A stretch of 62,980 bases of DNA, counting the filler, from Sphacelaria rigidula (taxonomy: Eukaryota), in the NCBI GenBank assembly GCA_964200075.2. It is 11 parts of 11 records of this genome, joined end to end, with 100 filler letters (N's around TTAATTAATTAA, not from the genome) between each part and the next. Parts side by side here need not be neighbours in the genome. Positions count along the whole stretch, not along the records: positions 22,941 to 28,575 come from CAXNAA020025694.1; positions 28,676 to 34,310 come from CAXNAA020025695.1; positions 34,411 to 40,044 come from CAXNAA020025696.1; 8 more parts are not named here. One strand, written 5' to 3'. The translations under genes were made by a program, and so were the position numbers. The notes beneath the pieces were generated by a model, which saw only the letters and a list, made by a program, of their open reading frames with translations, did no database searches and was not told the origin of the DNA. This document shows, piece after piece, positions 24,613 to 36,727 of the stretch (positions are counted from its first letter, which is position 1; every line of letters begins with the position of its first letter).

Positions 24613-25937
24613 GATGGCGCTGTAACAGGAGGCTGCGAGATGAAGTGTTTTGGGCACAGAGACAAATGGGATTTGTTGTTGTGAGAGAGGTGGGGGGGGT
24701 TAGGTTGCATGCGCTCGGCCCGCTTTTTTTTTTGTTGCCAAGAATTAACAGACTGTCTGTGCAACTCACGAGGTGCATGTCCCAGGGGCTCACCATGAGT
24801 AACTCCACCCGAAAAATCTAGCCGACGAGAAGCTCGGAAAAGCCATCAGTCTTTTCGACTCCAAAATGATCCCCATCGGAAGTACCACAATTGTTTTGTA
24901 CTTGAACACATAAAAGCCCCCACATGCCAATTTTAGAGGGCCACCAACAACTGCGTTCGGCCCGCGCGCACCAGCCGCTGTGCCCCGTCCATGGATCTGG
25001 CGCATACTATTATTTTCCTACTGTTGTTACAATCACCCGTCTCACCCTCAGCGATTGGGCGGTTCAGCCGTCGGCACTCCACATTGTACAAACAAACCCA
25101 GATCCAATACGTTTCTCCGACACTAGCGGACGTGAAAGAGCATACGTCCAGAAAGAAAGTTGTGTGCACTCGCCCTCCTTTTGTTTTTTCGACAAACCGA
25201 CAGTCGGTGCAGACTTTTGGTCCGTGATAATATCTACATGTACAATACCGCCGATGTTTTACCAACACCTTGGGAGCTTCTTCAAGCACCTGGAAGGCGT
25301 AAGGACTAATTTATACGAGGAGCAACTTTCCCGACATGAGATTCCTATCGTACGGGGCTTCGCTTGAGTATTCTGGGTGCAGTGTTGTGCCCACCGCACC
25401 AGCGCACACCGCACTGTCTTCTTCCAGCGCAGGTAGGGTTGTTGCCAGAGGTCTCTCAGTCTGTTGTCGTGAGGATTCACGATCCCGATGCAAATAACGA
25501 TAAATAAATAATCCCTCTTCCGCCTGATTGGCCAACAAATGGTACTCAGGATTAGGACTCAGGATTAGGACTGAGATAAAGGCTTTGTTCACTTGGCGTT
25601 GGATTGTAAGTTAAACTACCTAAGATATGCACAAGAAAAGTTTCTGGGTCAGCGTATTTTGAGGTTATAGATACACAGACTCTCGCGCACTCGCAGTAGT
25701 GCAGTCAGGACGATGTCGCGTTTGAAAGTGAGGCAATCTTCACGCAGGCAAGCACCACAAATTGTGAAGAATGTCAGTTATTTCCCTTCTTCACAACGTG
25801 AGATACCCCGCAGACGAGCACATGTATTGGTCAAGAAAGTGCATCCCTACTGTTGTAGCACTACTCTTGTCCAGCTTATTATATCCGGACACGGAGGAAC
25901 CTCCGGAGGAAGGTACCTGTGTGGCAGAGTGGTGCTC

Positions 25938-26180
25938 TGGTAGGGGTAGCACTTTTTTAGTGAAAATGTTCCTCGGGGCATCTCGGGGTGTTGGACGGGT
26001 CGTTTTGTGAATCGGCATAGTTTTTACTCGAAACAAAATTAAGGTGATGCCGATTCACTAAAATGCCCCTGTGTGCAAACACCATGTATGTTTCTCTAGG
26101 AGTCCGGTTTCCGGATATTTGGATTGGCCAGAAAGCCCGTACAATAGGAGCCCCAGAAACAAAAAGTGCAACCCCTACCG
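25938..26180 (-). mobile_element. Second copy of the 23319-23556 MITE
   Basis: Same TIRs and internal blocks in reverse orientation. Confidence 0.85.
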
Positions 26181-26271
26181 TAACTGTAGTGAAAAGCAGA
26201 TGGCACCGTAAACGGGAAAACGGGTGGAAGAGCTATGCGAGCCGGAGGCGGAGATTAACGCACGACTTATA

Positions 26272-26476
26272 CTAAAGAGTTTCGGAAAACACGTTCTTGT
26301 CAACTCAAGGCGCAAATATCTCAGGATCAGAGTGCAGAATAAAGAAGAACACCTCATAGAAAAAAAGTTAAGGGTATACCACGTTTGGCGGAGGGGAAGG
26401 CGTATTTTCGTCACATTCTAATCCTGAGATATTTGCACTCTGAAATGACGAAAAAACGTTTGTCGAAACTCTACTG
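26272..26476. mobile_element. Tc1/mariner-type foldback MITE
   Basis: AGAGTTTCG..GCAAATATCTCAGGAT pairs with ATCCTGAGATATTTGC..CGAAACTCTACTG|TA. Confidence 0.7.
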
Positions 26477-28447
26477 TACAGTAGTTCGAATGAGCCTCAC
26501 CCAACGTTTCGTGTGCGGGGACGATATCGGGTAAATGGACCAGAGAAACACGACGGAAAACTCCGCGCAATAGGTTTATTTCTCGGAGAATTATCCGCGC
26601 AGCGTCTCATGAGGACTTTGCACTGACACACCCCTGTCCTGTCAGCAGACTCAACGAGCAAAGCCTGAAATGCCACTTGGAAAACGGTAAACAGCTACTC
26701 GTAGAGATGTGCCCTCCACAATGAACACGACGTCGCACGCATACATGCAGACTACAAAAAAAGCTTGCTCCACGCGACTGACGTGTCGATGTCGGCGAGT
26801 CAAAGCGCGTGGGAGAGTATCTCAAGCACAAGTCGAACGAACTACAACACGAAAAACAGTCCTGGTTCGCCGAACAGGTCGTTTGCCCGCAGCCATGACA
26901 TGAGCGGTCGCACGATATGGCTCCATGTTTGCCGTTGCGAACGGAGAGTATTGCAGCGTGCTTGGCGTCAGTTGTATCATATTGCCCTTGAGAGAGGCTT
27001 CACGGCGCCACAAATCCCCAAAAGGTAGTGCAATCCTTTTGCTCGGTAGGGGAACCTGTTACTGTACGCTATATTCTCGCGCACCCTGCGCATGTTCGCT
27101 CTTTTCGTTTTTGGACACACACTCGATCTTCCCCCCAGCCATGCCACTGTCCTCTTGTTGTGCTCGCCTTCCTCCTTATACCCCCTCGAGAGAGGAAGAT
27201 CAAACACAAGATGGCGACAGAGCGGCTGTGTGCCGTACCTATATCTAAACTCTCGCCCGGTACCTCTATATGTTCGTCGCATTCGTCTTCACCAGTCTCT
27301 CCGCCCGCCTACGCTCCTGCGCTTGTCACCCAACGACACAGATCCAATCACCTTCCTCCTTTATTGGATTGCCGAACTTGCCGAGGACGTCTGTCTTTAG
27401 AGGCACCTTTGTTGACGTGTGTTACCGCGGTGTGTTTTCTGTAATGACAAGGTACCCTGCTCCTATCTGTGCCCCGAACCATGTATCTTGAGCACGAAAG
27501 AGGTACAGTATACCACCATCCATGCTCCGAACCATGTCTTGTGAGAACGAAACGACATACCACATAATACATCGTTTCCATAATCCAGACAGCTAATAAT
27601 AAGGAGGCGAATATCGAGAAACAAAACGCCGCGGTACCCCCCGCACAACAATTGACACTCTTTTCTCGAGCGCTTTTCTCCTGTTTCGAAGGTTAGAAAA
27701 AACCTCCAGAATCTCCACCATGTAAGCACACCCGTATGTCATGTATGTGTGTCATCATTGTACTGAAGGCATTGTACAGAAAAAAAAATTCTACAGGGTT
27801 GCAGGACTGCTTGGTTTTCATAGACCCGAATAGATCTTTCCCGCAGTCCTCATGAAACTCATCAAACGAAGGAAGAAAGTGATGCAACGACCGGCTCGTT
27901 GTTGGCAGAAGAACTTCCCATCAAGGTGCATTTGTAGTAGTTTCCTCTGGTCATCTTTTCTTTCCCCGCCGTGAAGGCACACCGCCAATAATATGTGGCT
28001 GAAACTCGTTGCTTCTTATCATCACTTTGACGAGGGCATCAACGACCTCAGCTTAGTAACAGTGGCGCACTGCGTCGATCAGTTTCGACTACCAACAGGT
28101 CGAGAGTTCGAAACTAGTATTTCAGGATGTAGTTTATTCAGCTTTTGGCGTATCATAAGCTCAAGATTTAGTTGGACAGAATTGCGATGCCGCGAGGCAT
28201 TGACTCCATTTTCATGGAAGCAAAATAAATGGCGACATTCTACTACATACACCCGAAAGTGCCCACAACAGGAATGACAAAATTAGAGATTCCGTCGGCA
28301 GGTCCGGAACTTTTTTCTAGTGGCGGTCCCCGGTACATGTACGATGACAGTCTGTACATTTGTCTAGGTTTGGGTGGCTTGTTTTACGGCGCAGTTGCCA
28401 CTCGACGCCAACCCAAGAGTCTAGAGGTGAGGGGGAGGAAGGGAGGT

Positions 28448-28476
28448 GTACTCATGATCATGCATGCCATAGCCGT
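28448..28476 (-). mobile_element. Short LINE 3' tail
   Basis: GTACTCATGATCATGCATGCCATAG between two G-rich tracts. Confidence 0.7.
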
Positions 28477-29350
28477 CCTCAGCCCTTGGTGGGGGGGGGG
28501 GGGGAGGGTACCGCTAGTAGACCACCCCCCCCCAAAAAAAATAAAATAAAAACGCCGCACAAGCCCCTCCATCAGNNNNNNNNNNNNNNNNNNNNNNNNN
28601 NNNNNNNNNNNNNNNNNNNTTAATTAATTAANNNNNNNNNNNNNNNNNNNNNNNNNNNNNNNNNNNNNNNNNNNNTAGAGACAGCCACAGCTTTTACACT
28701 GCCTCATGGGTGTCTAACCAGGGGAGGTGGGAGGGTAATATCGCGCTGACCCGAGTCACTTTCGACGAACGCAGTCGAAATGTTTTTGCTGGGGACTTGT
28801 GCCACTTAGTTGCAACCCATCTTGCACTCCATTTTATGTTTGAAGGCGCAAGCAGCAAGCATGTCTCGCGACATTTTTGTGACAGCCTTCTTGCGCTGAC
28901 CGCCGTGAAGCTTACGGTTGCGGCAACCGAGCCGAAACTTGTCTGACCTGCGGTCAGTTTCGACTACGGTAATTGCAGTTGACAATGGTATGGAGCGTGC
29001 GAGCCTTGGTGTAAACTGCTGCATAATTGTGTTGATCGTCAGGAGACGCTCATTGGCAAGCTTAAAGACTACTACGCGAGCAATATCTAAACACTGCTGT
29101 GCATTGTACATTCGTAGATAAGCTAAACTGGAGACCCTGCGTGGAATACGCCACCCGCACGACTATCTACTTAGACTACAGAGGCCTTCAAGAATCACAC
29201 GGGAGCCGCCTTTTCGCGTGCCTCAAACGTCCACGCTGACTTCAACGTGGCATGGCATATTTGTCTGCCTGCTCCGCTGCGCTGTCGCCCGAACAAGACC
29301 TGCCACATTTTTTGCGACCCTCACGTCCCTGCCCACCCCCGCCCGTGCTA

Positions 29351-29394
29351 TCTTCTTCTTCTTCTTCTTCTTCTTCTTCTTCTTCTTCTTCTTC
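29351..29394. repeat. (CTT)n microsatellite
   Basis: Directly visible. Confidence 0.95.
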
Positions 29395-29562
29395 CTCGTC
29401 TTCCTCACTTCTATCATCCACGCTGCCATTTTTTCGACCCACCTCATTTCCAGCTCTCGTCTCACGCTGCCGTCGCCCGTCCTGTTGTGTTCCCATCAAC
29501 CCCGTCGCCGTATTATCGTGTGCCGTTTTGCGCGGTCTACCCCTTCCGCTCCCAGACTTCGG

Positions 29563-31611
29563 CTACGACGATTGATTGAAAGCGGCCAGTACAAGCTGTT
29601 TCTCCGCGTCTGACACAGTGTACTCCTTGACGAAAGCCTTGGCCTCGTCGTTGCTCTGGAGCAGGGCGCACTTGTCGGCGTGTTCCACAGCGACATGATC
29701 GCCCATACCATACTTGCAAACGTACTGTGGCTGCACACAAAACTTACATTGCATGGGCAGATTGTTGCAGGGGGTTGACCTGCTCGACACTTTTGCCGAA
29801 GAAAGACGCAGGTGTACCTCCTCGCCCTGCATGTCCGCCCTAGGCGCGTAACGACAGTTGGACGGTACTGTTCCGATCTGGTTACGCGTGGTGGGAACCT
29901 TGATAGGAGAACGGCACTGCCCCGACCGGGCACACAATCCGCAAATACTCAATTTCCGCAACTCCTTGCGATGAAGCACGTGGCCGCCGACATGGTGGCG
30001 CATTTTTGCCCTTGTCACCTCGACTGCACAGATTGCGCACGCAAGGTATTCGTTTGCGCCCCCCCCCCCACTGCACAAAATGCCGAGTCGTCCAACGGAC
30101 GGAGGTGCGTGAAATCCTCGTGAATTGGCAGTGGGTTCAGGTCGCCGACCTGGTATCGCAGCTGCGTTGGAAGGGCACCCCAGCACTTCAATCCATCAAC
30201 CGCGCAAATAAGAGCCTCCGTCAGCCCCTGGAGCTCATCGTTTGTGAACAGGAGCGTTTTGAAGTCATCGCTCATGCGAGGATCCAGGAGTATCGCAAGA
30301 TTGGAGGAGATTATATGATGATCACGGTGCAGACCTTTGTGCTGCGTCCGATTCCACTCCCACGTTCTCTTTGCGTCCGTCGATGACCGTCCCTTGACCT
30401 CATCGATCCGTAAGAGGCTGTCACCCACCTGCCTTCCGAAATTCACAACCCCTGCACCGGCCTTCTTCACAACAGTAGTTGTCTGAAACAGAGCTAAGGA
30501 GTACGACCCTATGTTGCCGGGAGATGCCAAAAATGTAGCAAACAGATCTGCCACTTGAAGAGGCGCCTCCGTACGTGAGGCGCCGCCAGCGGACGACGTC
30601 GGTGTAATTCCCTGACCCTAGAGAGAAGATCCCGAGAAGCTGATTTAGCCTCAGCACCGAGGTAGAGGGAAATGGCAGTTTGCTTGTACACCTGCGGCGA
30701 ATACATTTTCAACGCGTCCAAAGGTGGTGATCTGTGAAGTGTGCGAATGTAGCGTGCCAACCTTGTGCCAACAGTGTTGTAAGCTCTACTTGACCGTGCG
30801 GTAAAACGCCAAACGAACTAGTGAACCCACCGCAGCGAGTGAAGGCAGACATCAGTGATACGATTACCGACACCAGATGTACACCGTGCTTCCCAGTAAA
30901 AACGTTCAAGAATGAGTCGATGATCATACGCAAACAGTACCCCGCCTCTCCCCCACGCACTCAATCACCTGCTTATTGTTGACATCAACGAACGGAGAAA
31001 TCTCAGTGTTGCCAGCCTGCTGCGCAGCAAGTGCAGTGTCGAGATCGCGCGCTTCTTCCGGCTGGCATCCAGATACAGGAACGATGGGCGGCTGACCTGG
31101 CTGCTGCTGGTTCTTCTCCCCACCCTCCTCTTTCTATGGCATGCATGATCATGAGTACACCCTCCTCTTTCTCCTCGGCTCGTATGAGGTTCAACCCAGG
31201 CATCGACTTGTCAGGCCTGTAAGGGTTTCAAGCTGGAAAAAAAAAGGAACGACCGCGCGCCAGGGCCAAAGGCAATTCCCTTGAGCCTCACCGTGTAGAG
31301 CGATGGGGTCGTTTCGGGAAGCGGGACGGGGGGCGTTCAGCGCATAGCCCGAACACGGAAAACGCTCCACTGGCAACCCCAAGGTCGTCGGCTGTGCAGG
31401 GGAAGATGGCGGGTCAACTCTCTCCAGTATGACATCATTATCTCCGTCACCAGGACAACTTCCGGGTGTCAGTATCGCTGCCCACTACCACGTCTATATC
31501 ACCGGCCTCTGCGTCTCTCCTGTCATCACCTGCGGGATCCGATGTTGCTCTTGCTGGCTCCGCCTGAGGTCCGCTCGATGCAGCTGGGGTCTTCGAAAAG
31601 AAGTTCAACAT
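29563..31611 (-). pseudogene. Intron-containing Cys/His-rich gene relic, probably from a DNA transposon (core apparently deleted)
   Basis: Exons 31611-31292 (MLNFFSK..CSGYALNAPRP..PIALH|gtgagg), ~31217-30969 (..SPFVDVNNKQ|gtgatt) and 30691-29563 (cag|VYKQTAI..SRDLLSRVR..CAIC..MRHHVGGHVL..CGLC..PCNNLPMQCKFC..KYGMGDHVAVEH); frameshifts in G runs near 30610 and 30060. Confidence 0.7.
31136..31157 (+). mobile_element. 22-nt LINE-tail micro-insertion with 15-bp TSD
   Basis: CACCCTCCTCTTTCT at 31121-31135 and 31158-31172 flanks ATGGCATGCATGATCATGAGTA; removing 37 nt restores the host reading frame. Confidence 0.9.
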
Positions 31612-31868
31612 CGTGAGGTTTAAACATACCCTCCTCTTCACCACCATTCGCGCCCTGGCCATATAACACAGCAACAAAAAGCGATTTTTGTTTCTTTCAA
31701 TGTTTGAGCAATAGTTGTTAATTCGGTCAGGTGCTCAGCGAGATTCCGAGTAACCGTAACACACTCAGAAGCTGTGAGGACAAAAGAGAGCATATTTTTT
31801 CGCGCGCTTTTTCCGCGTCAAAACATTTGAGGTTTCGATACCACCACACGCACGCATTAATGCAAAGC

Positions 31869-33160
31869 TTACTTGTGTTTCCCCGAGTCTCTGCGTCTTT
31901 TAACGAAGGCTTCAGTCAGTCTGTTCACATATATGCCGAAGACATGATCGCACAAGCAAATCCACTCGCCGGCAGCGTTTTTGTTGCTACGGCAGCGATC
32001 GCAAGCTCGGCTTCCTGAGGCCTTGTCGTGTTCCTGCCGCACAAGTTCGGAACAACACGCAAGTCACACGGTTCAAGAGATAAAACTACAAGCCCAGGTA
32101 AGGGTGCAAATGCATACCTCGGGCATAGGGTTCATCAGCGTACTTTTCCCTGCGCCGTCTAACCTGGACGATAGGAACGGTTGGCTATTTCATGGAGAAA
32201 GTGGCGGAGCTATATCGTGTGGAATTCAGACCCTGACAAACAGAACGTAGTTATGCCTAGCAGACGCCTCGTGCTGTTTCAGCTGAGCCTCTCCCATTCC
32301 CCTCCCCGTGGTGTCGAAAGGCTGCTTGCACACCTTGCACTCCATTTTTCCCGATTCAGTCTCCCGCAGAAGCCTCACGATGAACGCTACAACCGTCTCC
32401 TTTGCAGCAGATCTTGCCTGTCTGCTGGTGATAGCGCTGGTCGAGTTGGCAAATCCGGTGTATAATGGTGCGGGAGGCTCATCGGTTTTCGCGTTGATAT
32501 TTTCTGCGTGTTAACAGCACGTCACCTAAGCGACCTCTGATTTTCCTGTGCGCCAGCGACATGGGAATTTCGTTTCCGGAATCACAATCAAAGCCGATAC
32601 ATTGCCCGATCCAAACGAATTGAGAACTTAGATTGCAATGAAGGTAGACTGTAATGCAGCGTGCGTAAGACGCTAACTTGTCACCATATATAGTATGGTT
32701 TGACAAATACGCTAGGTCTCAAAGACAACCGATCTCCTGAAGAGGTAGAAATTGTACTAAAGTACATCTTGCCGCAAACGAGTACTGGCGATTTGGCGTG
32801 GCCGAATATGGCTCCGCGGCTGGGTGTTATGTGAGACCTCACACAACAAGCTCCCGCAAACAACAACCAATGCGCCTGGCATACGTTGATGTCACATTAC
32901 CATTTCGTATCACCGCACTGCCTGCAATATAATGTTCGTGCGGCGTTGGCTGCGCATGTACCCATATTGTCCTACTCTGGTGTACCATCAGTATATGTTC
33001 TGTCCAGTGCTTGCTGTTCTGCTGCCAACAACACCCAAACAAGCTCACCTTGCACCGGATGTGTTGGTATTCTCAGCTTTTCAACGTTTTCCCCCACTGC
33101 ATGTGAAGTGCCTTCACCAGACGAACTACCAACCTCTGTTCCGGCGCTGGTATCGGCCAT
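31869..33160 (-). CDS. Putative small four-exon gene with a C2H2 (matrin/U1-like) zinc finger
   Basis: Exons 33160-33049 (G|gtgagc), 32503-~32235 (CKVCKQPF..LKQHEASARH), 32163-32118 and 32033-31869 (CDRC..CLCDH, TAA); exon 1-2 phases compatible; exon 2 donor ambiguous. Confidence 0.5.
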
Positions 33161-34176
33161 CCTCTCAGCTGGTACATTTTGATTGCGGTCTGCAGCACAC
33201 ACTATTGACTGGCACGGAATTCATGGGTACGGGTCGTTATACAACAACAAAACTAAAATCATACTTCAAAGTATATATTTTGTTGTTTTTCACTATTCTG
33301 TAGCTGCAAACCCTTAGCAGACCCAGGTTTTCCCTCTTCTTTCAAACTTCTTTACCTTATTTCCTTCACTTTAGATTACAAAATCAGCTGAGCCCGTTGG
33401 TCATGGGGTACACATACGACCGTACGATGTACGCATCAATATTTTGAACAGCGGATCCTGGAAAATGGTATCGATCTCAAAAATAAGGTTCAAGTGGCAT
33501 ATCCTTTTTGCAAAATGACCCGCATTAGTAAAACAGAGCGAAACCATATCACCCATTAAGACTCTGCAACTGTGAGCAATCAGTTGTGGCGAAATGCATC
33601 GAGCGACTGCGGTGTACACGCGAGTCGATGACGATATCACTAGAGAGAGAAGCAGCGACGGAGAGCAAGCTCCTCGCCCGTGTCCTTTGTGTGCCCTCGC
33701 TGTGCGATTACCAATCGCTCAAGAGACTGGCATCATGCATGCTAACAGCACGTACCAAATTTCTCATGTGCCGGTAGGTATCCCTACAGATCATCGAGCT
33801 GCGGAGAGATTTCGTCTTTTCTTGCCTGTTGACCTCACCAATGCGAAGATTGATTTCTCTCTGCCTCTCGATTTAGACAGGACGCGCCCCTGTGCGCTGA
33901 AGAATAGGGCAATGTTCCCGTCACCGCTACTGCTGTTCTCTGTCAAAACCATACCAGCAAGGACAGTGCGCTGCGGCAAAAATAACAGATGATCCAATTT
34001 GAACTGGGGGGTGTTATTCATCGTTGACTTCACTCGACATGACGTATTTGACCATCCCGACCACAAGAACCTGCCACAGGCCAGTTGGGGTGTGTGTGAG
34101 AGAGAGATCGAACACTTGTGGAGACCTTCTTGACATGCGGAGTGAAAACCTCTACCTGTGGTGATGACCTGACTGT

Positions 34177-34251
34177 TAACAGCCGATTTCAAATTTTGGG
34201 GTTCATACAAAATATGGGGTTGAAGTGGTATTTCTCTCTTGCACGAAAGAC
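34177..34251 (-). repeat. ATCGGCTGTT-family repeat terminus
   Basis: Reverse complement of 1-75. Confidence 0.85.
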
Positions 34252-34472
34252 CCGAAACATCAGCGACCTAGCGAAGCCATCTTCCACCCAAAATGACCGC
34301 AGCAGTTGAGNNNNNNNNNNNNNNNNNNNNNNNNNNNNNNNNNNNNNNNNNNNNTTAATTAATTAANNNNNNNNNNNNNNNNNNNNNNNNNNNNNNNNNN
34401 NNNNNNNNNNGCCGAGGGGCCCGTGGGGCTCGGGGTGTGGGGGGGGGGGGGGGGGGGCCAGCGGGGGGGGGG

Positions 34473-34519
<47 letters not shown>

Positions 34520-34883
34520 CGTCCCCACTGCTGCCGCGACGAGGCAGTTTCGAGTTAACCAGAGAGGGATACGTGTGAGCTTGTATATCGTGCGGTGTAC
34601 AGCTTTGGCTAATGTCATGAAGGAGAACAGCAAGCAGTAGTACAGTAAGGTACTGTAGTGCTGGAGTATCTCCTCAACAGTTCGGCTGACCACCCTCTTG
34701 CCATGCTCCGGGCCGTGTTCAGTACTTACCACATACACACTACTGTCGCATGGTCCATGCGCATGACGAATATTTTGACACCAAATGGTGATATCCAGGT
34801 TACTTGCACCGCGAGCCTCACCAACCAAATGCCGCCAACGTCCTCACATATCGACGTTGTGTTGTCGCGCATGTGTTGAGCAG

Positions 34884-34972
34884 GGTTTACCAGAGCACGT
34901 GTTCGAAAGGATGGAATTCCTGTGGAAAGCGGCGCACCACCTCCGACTGTCGAGCCCCGCAGCCTCCAGGAT
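34884..34972 (+). CDS. Possible exon of an RNase P Rpr2/Rpp21-family subunit
   Basis: cag|GLPEHVFERMEFLWKAAHHLRLSSPAASR resembles the Rpp21 R(L/M)xFLxxAAH..(S/A)R motif; zinc-ribbon exons not found. Confidence 0.45.
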
Positions 34973-36294
34973 GTATTCGTTGAGTGCACACTCGATCTGC
35001 TGAATATCTCGTGCCTACAGCACCTTGCTACGCTTCGCTCGCACTTGCAGTGTGTTGTGCTATATAATGTTTGATTGTATGGCTTGAGCGGTACGGTATC
35101 ACGGCGTTGCCACACCGGGGCGAATCGTCCGCGAGGTGTCGTCAAGCCAGTGGATATCAGGCAGGCGTGTTTCATCTCCTACGACTTGGTTCTACCATGC
35201 ATACACGACCGTGGACTGGTCGCAAGTAATCCAGTAAACCTGAGCTGTAACTGGTGCGAATGGGTTTTCCCCGCGCTGGCGTTCGTGCTGAACATGTTCA
35301 CACTAAAATCTCACCAGCACGAAGATATTCGTCTCACGCCCAAACTGGTATACACATTCCCGCCGTTCCCCTCTCTCCCTCGCCGCCCATGCGCGTTTCC
35401 TGCTGCTCTCCGTCGCTCTTTTTTCCCCCTCGATTTGTCTTAACGATGGCTGCGGGGGTTCAGAGACCAGCTACGCAAGCTTGCGGCCGACCAAGACGCA
35501 ACGAGCGCAGGCAAGAGAAAACATGCGTGTGGTATGTCCCGTGCAGTCACACAGTATGTCCCAGTGCTAAATCGTGAACGCATCACTTACGAAGTGCTAG
35601 CAGCACCACACTAGTGACGAAGGATCTGGGTGCAATGCGCAGCGAGTGGAGCTAACGGTCGTCGTTGAAATCGAAGAACATCCAGCATTTTTAGGGGTCA
35701 AGTAGTGCGTGACCCGGGCCCACAAACCTCTTTCTCCTCAGCCGGAACGATCCGTGCGTATATACTTTTTGTTGTAGCTATATCTTTTCCACACTCCGCA
35801 TCCCAATATTCATGGCCGTCCATGCAACTCAGGCGACATTGTACTCACTTCATCTCTTTGTCCGAGATGTCGTATTTTTTCCTCTCGCGCGGTTATCTGT
35901 GGCGTCAACCTTGCGGGCAGGGTATGGTCAGCTGCGACTTGAGGGACGAAGGTTTCACTTCGTACGAGCTAAAGGACGTGGGGTGTTTCCCTGTAGAAAC
36001 CCTGCTCGACTACCTGCTTCCGGGCTTCTCCGCGTGACAAGCATGTCCGCCTACCAAACCGAAAAAATAACGTTGTGATACCTTGATTGCTCTCCTAGGT
36101 AGCCAAACATGCTTCCTTTCCGATCGGCAGTCACTCTTCTATACCCTCGGTTCTTGTTTCCGATGTGAAGGGAAACGTTCCTGTGGGGAAAAGGATTTGT
36201 GGGAGTTCCATCAGTCGCACTTTGGCACTCCGCACGAGGGTTTGCCACACGTTGGATAATAGTTGACGCAATAGTTACAAGCAGTTGCATTACA

Positions 36295-36727
36295 CGGGCA
36301 CCGTAGGTAAGGTAGGTACCCGGTACCGGCATTTGGGACATCTCATACCCTACCGATACCGACCCAATCCGGTATTTGGAAATTCATACCTGCGGTACCT
36401 GCGATACAAGGGTATTTCGAGATTCCACTACCTACCGTACCTGCCCAATCCGGTAGTCTGAAATGTCATACCTACGATATCAGGGTATTTCGAGATTTCA
36501 ATACCTGCCGTACCCGCCCAATCCGGTATTTTGAAATGTCATACCTACGATACCTGCGATACCAGGGTATTTCGAGATTTCAATACTGTACCTACCGTAT
36601 ACGGTACCCGCCCAATCCGGCTTTTAGAAATGTCATATATACGATACCTACGCAGACTACGGTAGTATGGGATACCCCGGTAAATACCGGGGGTACGCCC
36701 GGTACGGTACCTTATCTACGGTGCCTG
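36295..36727 (+). mobile_element. hAT-like MITE with internal ~65-75 bp tandem repeats
   Basis: TIRs GGCACCGTAGGTAAGGTA / TACCTTATCTACGGTGCC; unit ..GAAATGTCATACCTACGATAC..AGGGTATTTCGAGATT..CCGTACCCGCCCAATCCGG repeated 3-4 times; no clean TSD. Confidence 0.8.

Noticed and set aside
29218..29613. Stacked ORFs with poly-F/L/S/K/E
   Set aside because: Produced by the (CTT)n microsatellite; the same applies to the ORFs at 50079-50513 and 56338-56622
29219..31835. TIRs for the Cys/His-rich element (CCTCAAACGT versus ACATTTGAGG)
   Set aside because: Only a 9/10 match and no TSD
32118..32163. P-loop GTPase exon (LDGAGKST)
   Set aside because: A full Walker A needs a frameshift at the upstream junction, and no other GTPase motifs follow
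34437..34520. Poly-Gly/poly-Pro protein or G-quadruplex
   Set aside because: Long G run near a contig end, a common sequencing artefact; similar low-quality stretch at 55323-55420
36360..36640. CRISPR-like repeats
   Set aside because: Contiguous internal repeats of a TIR element
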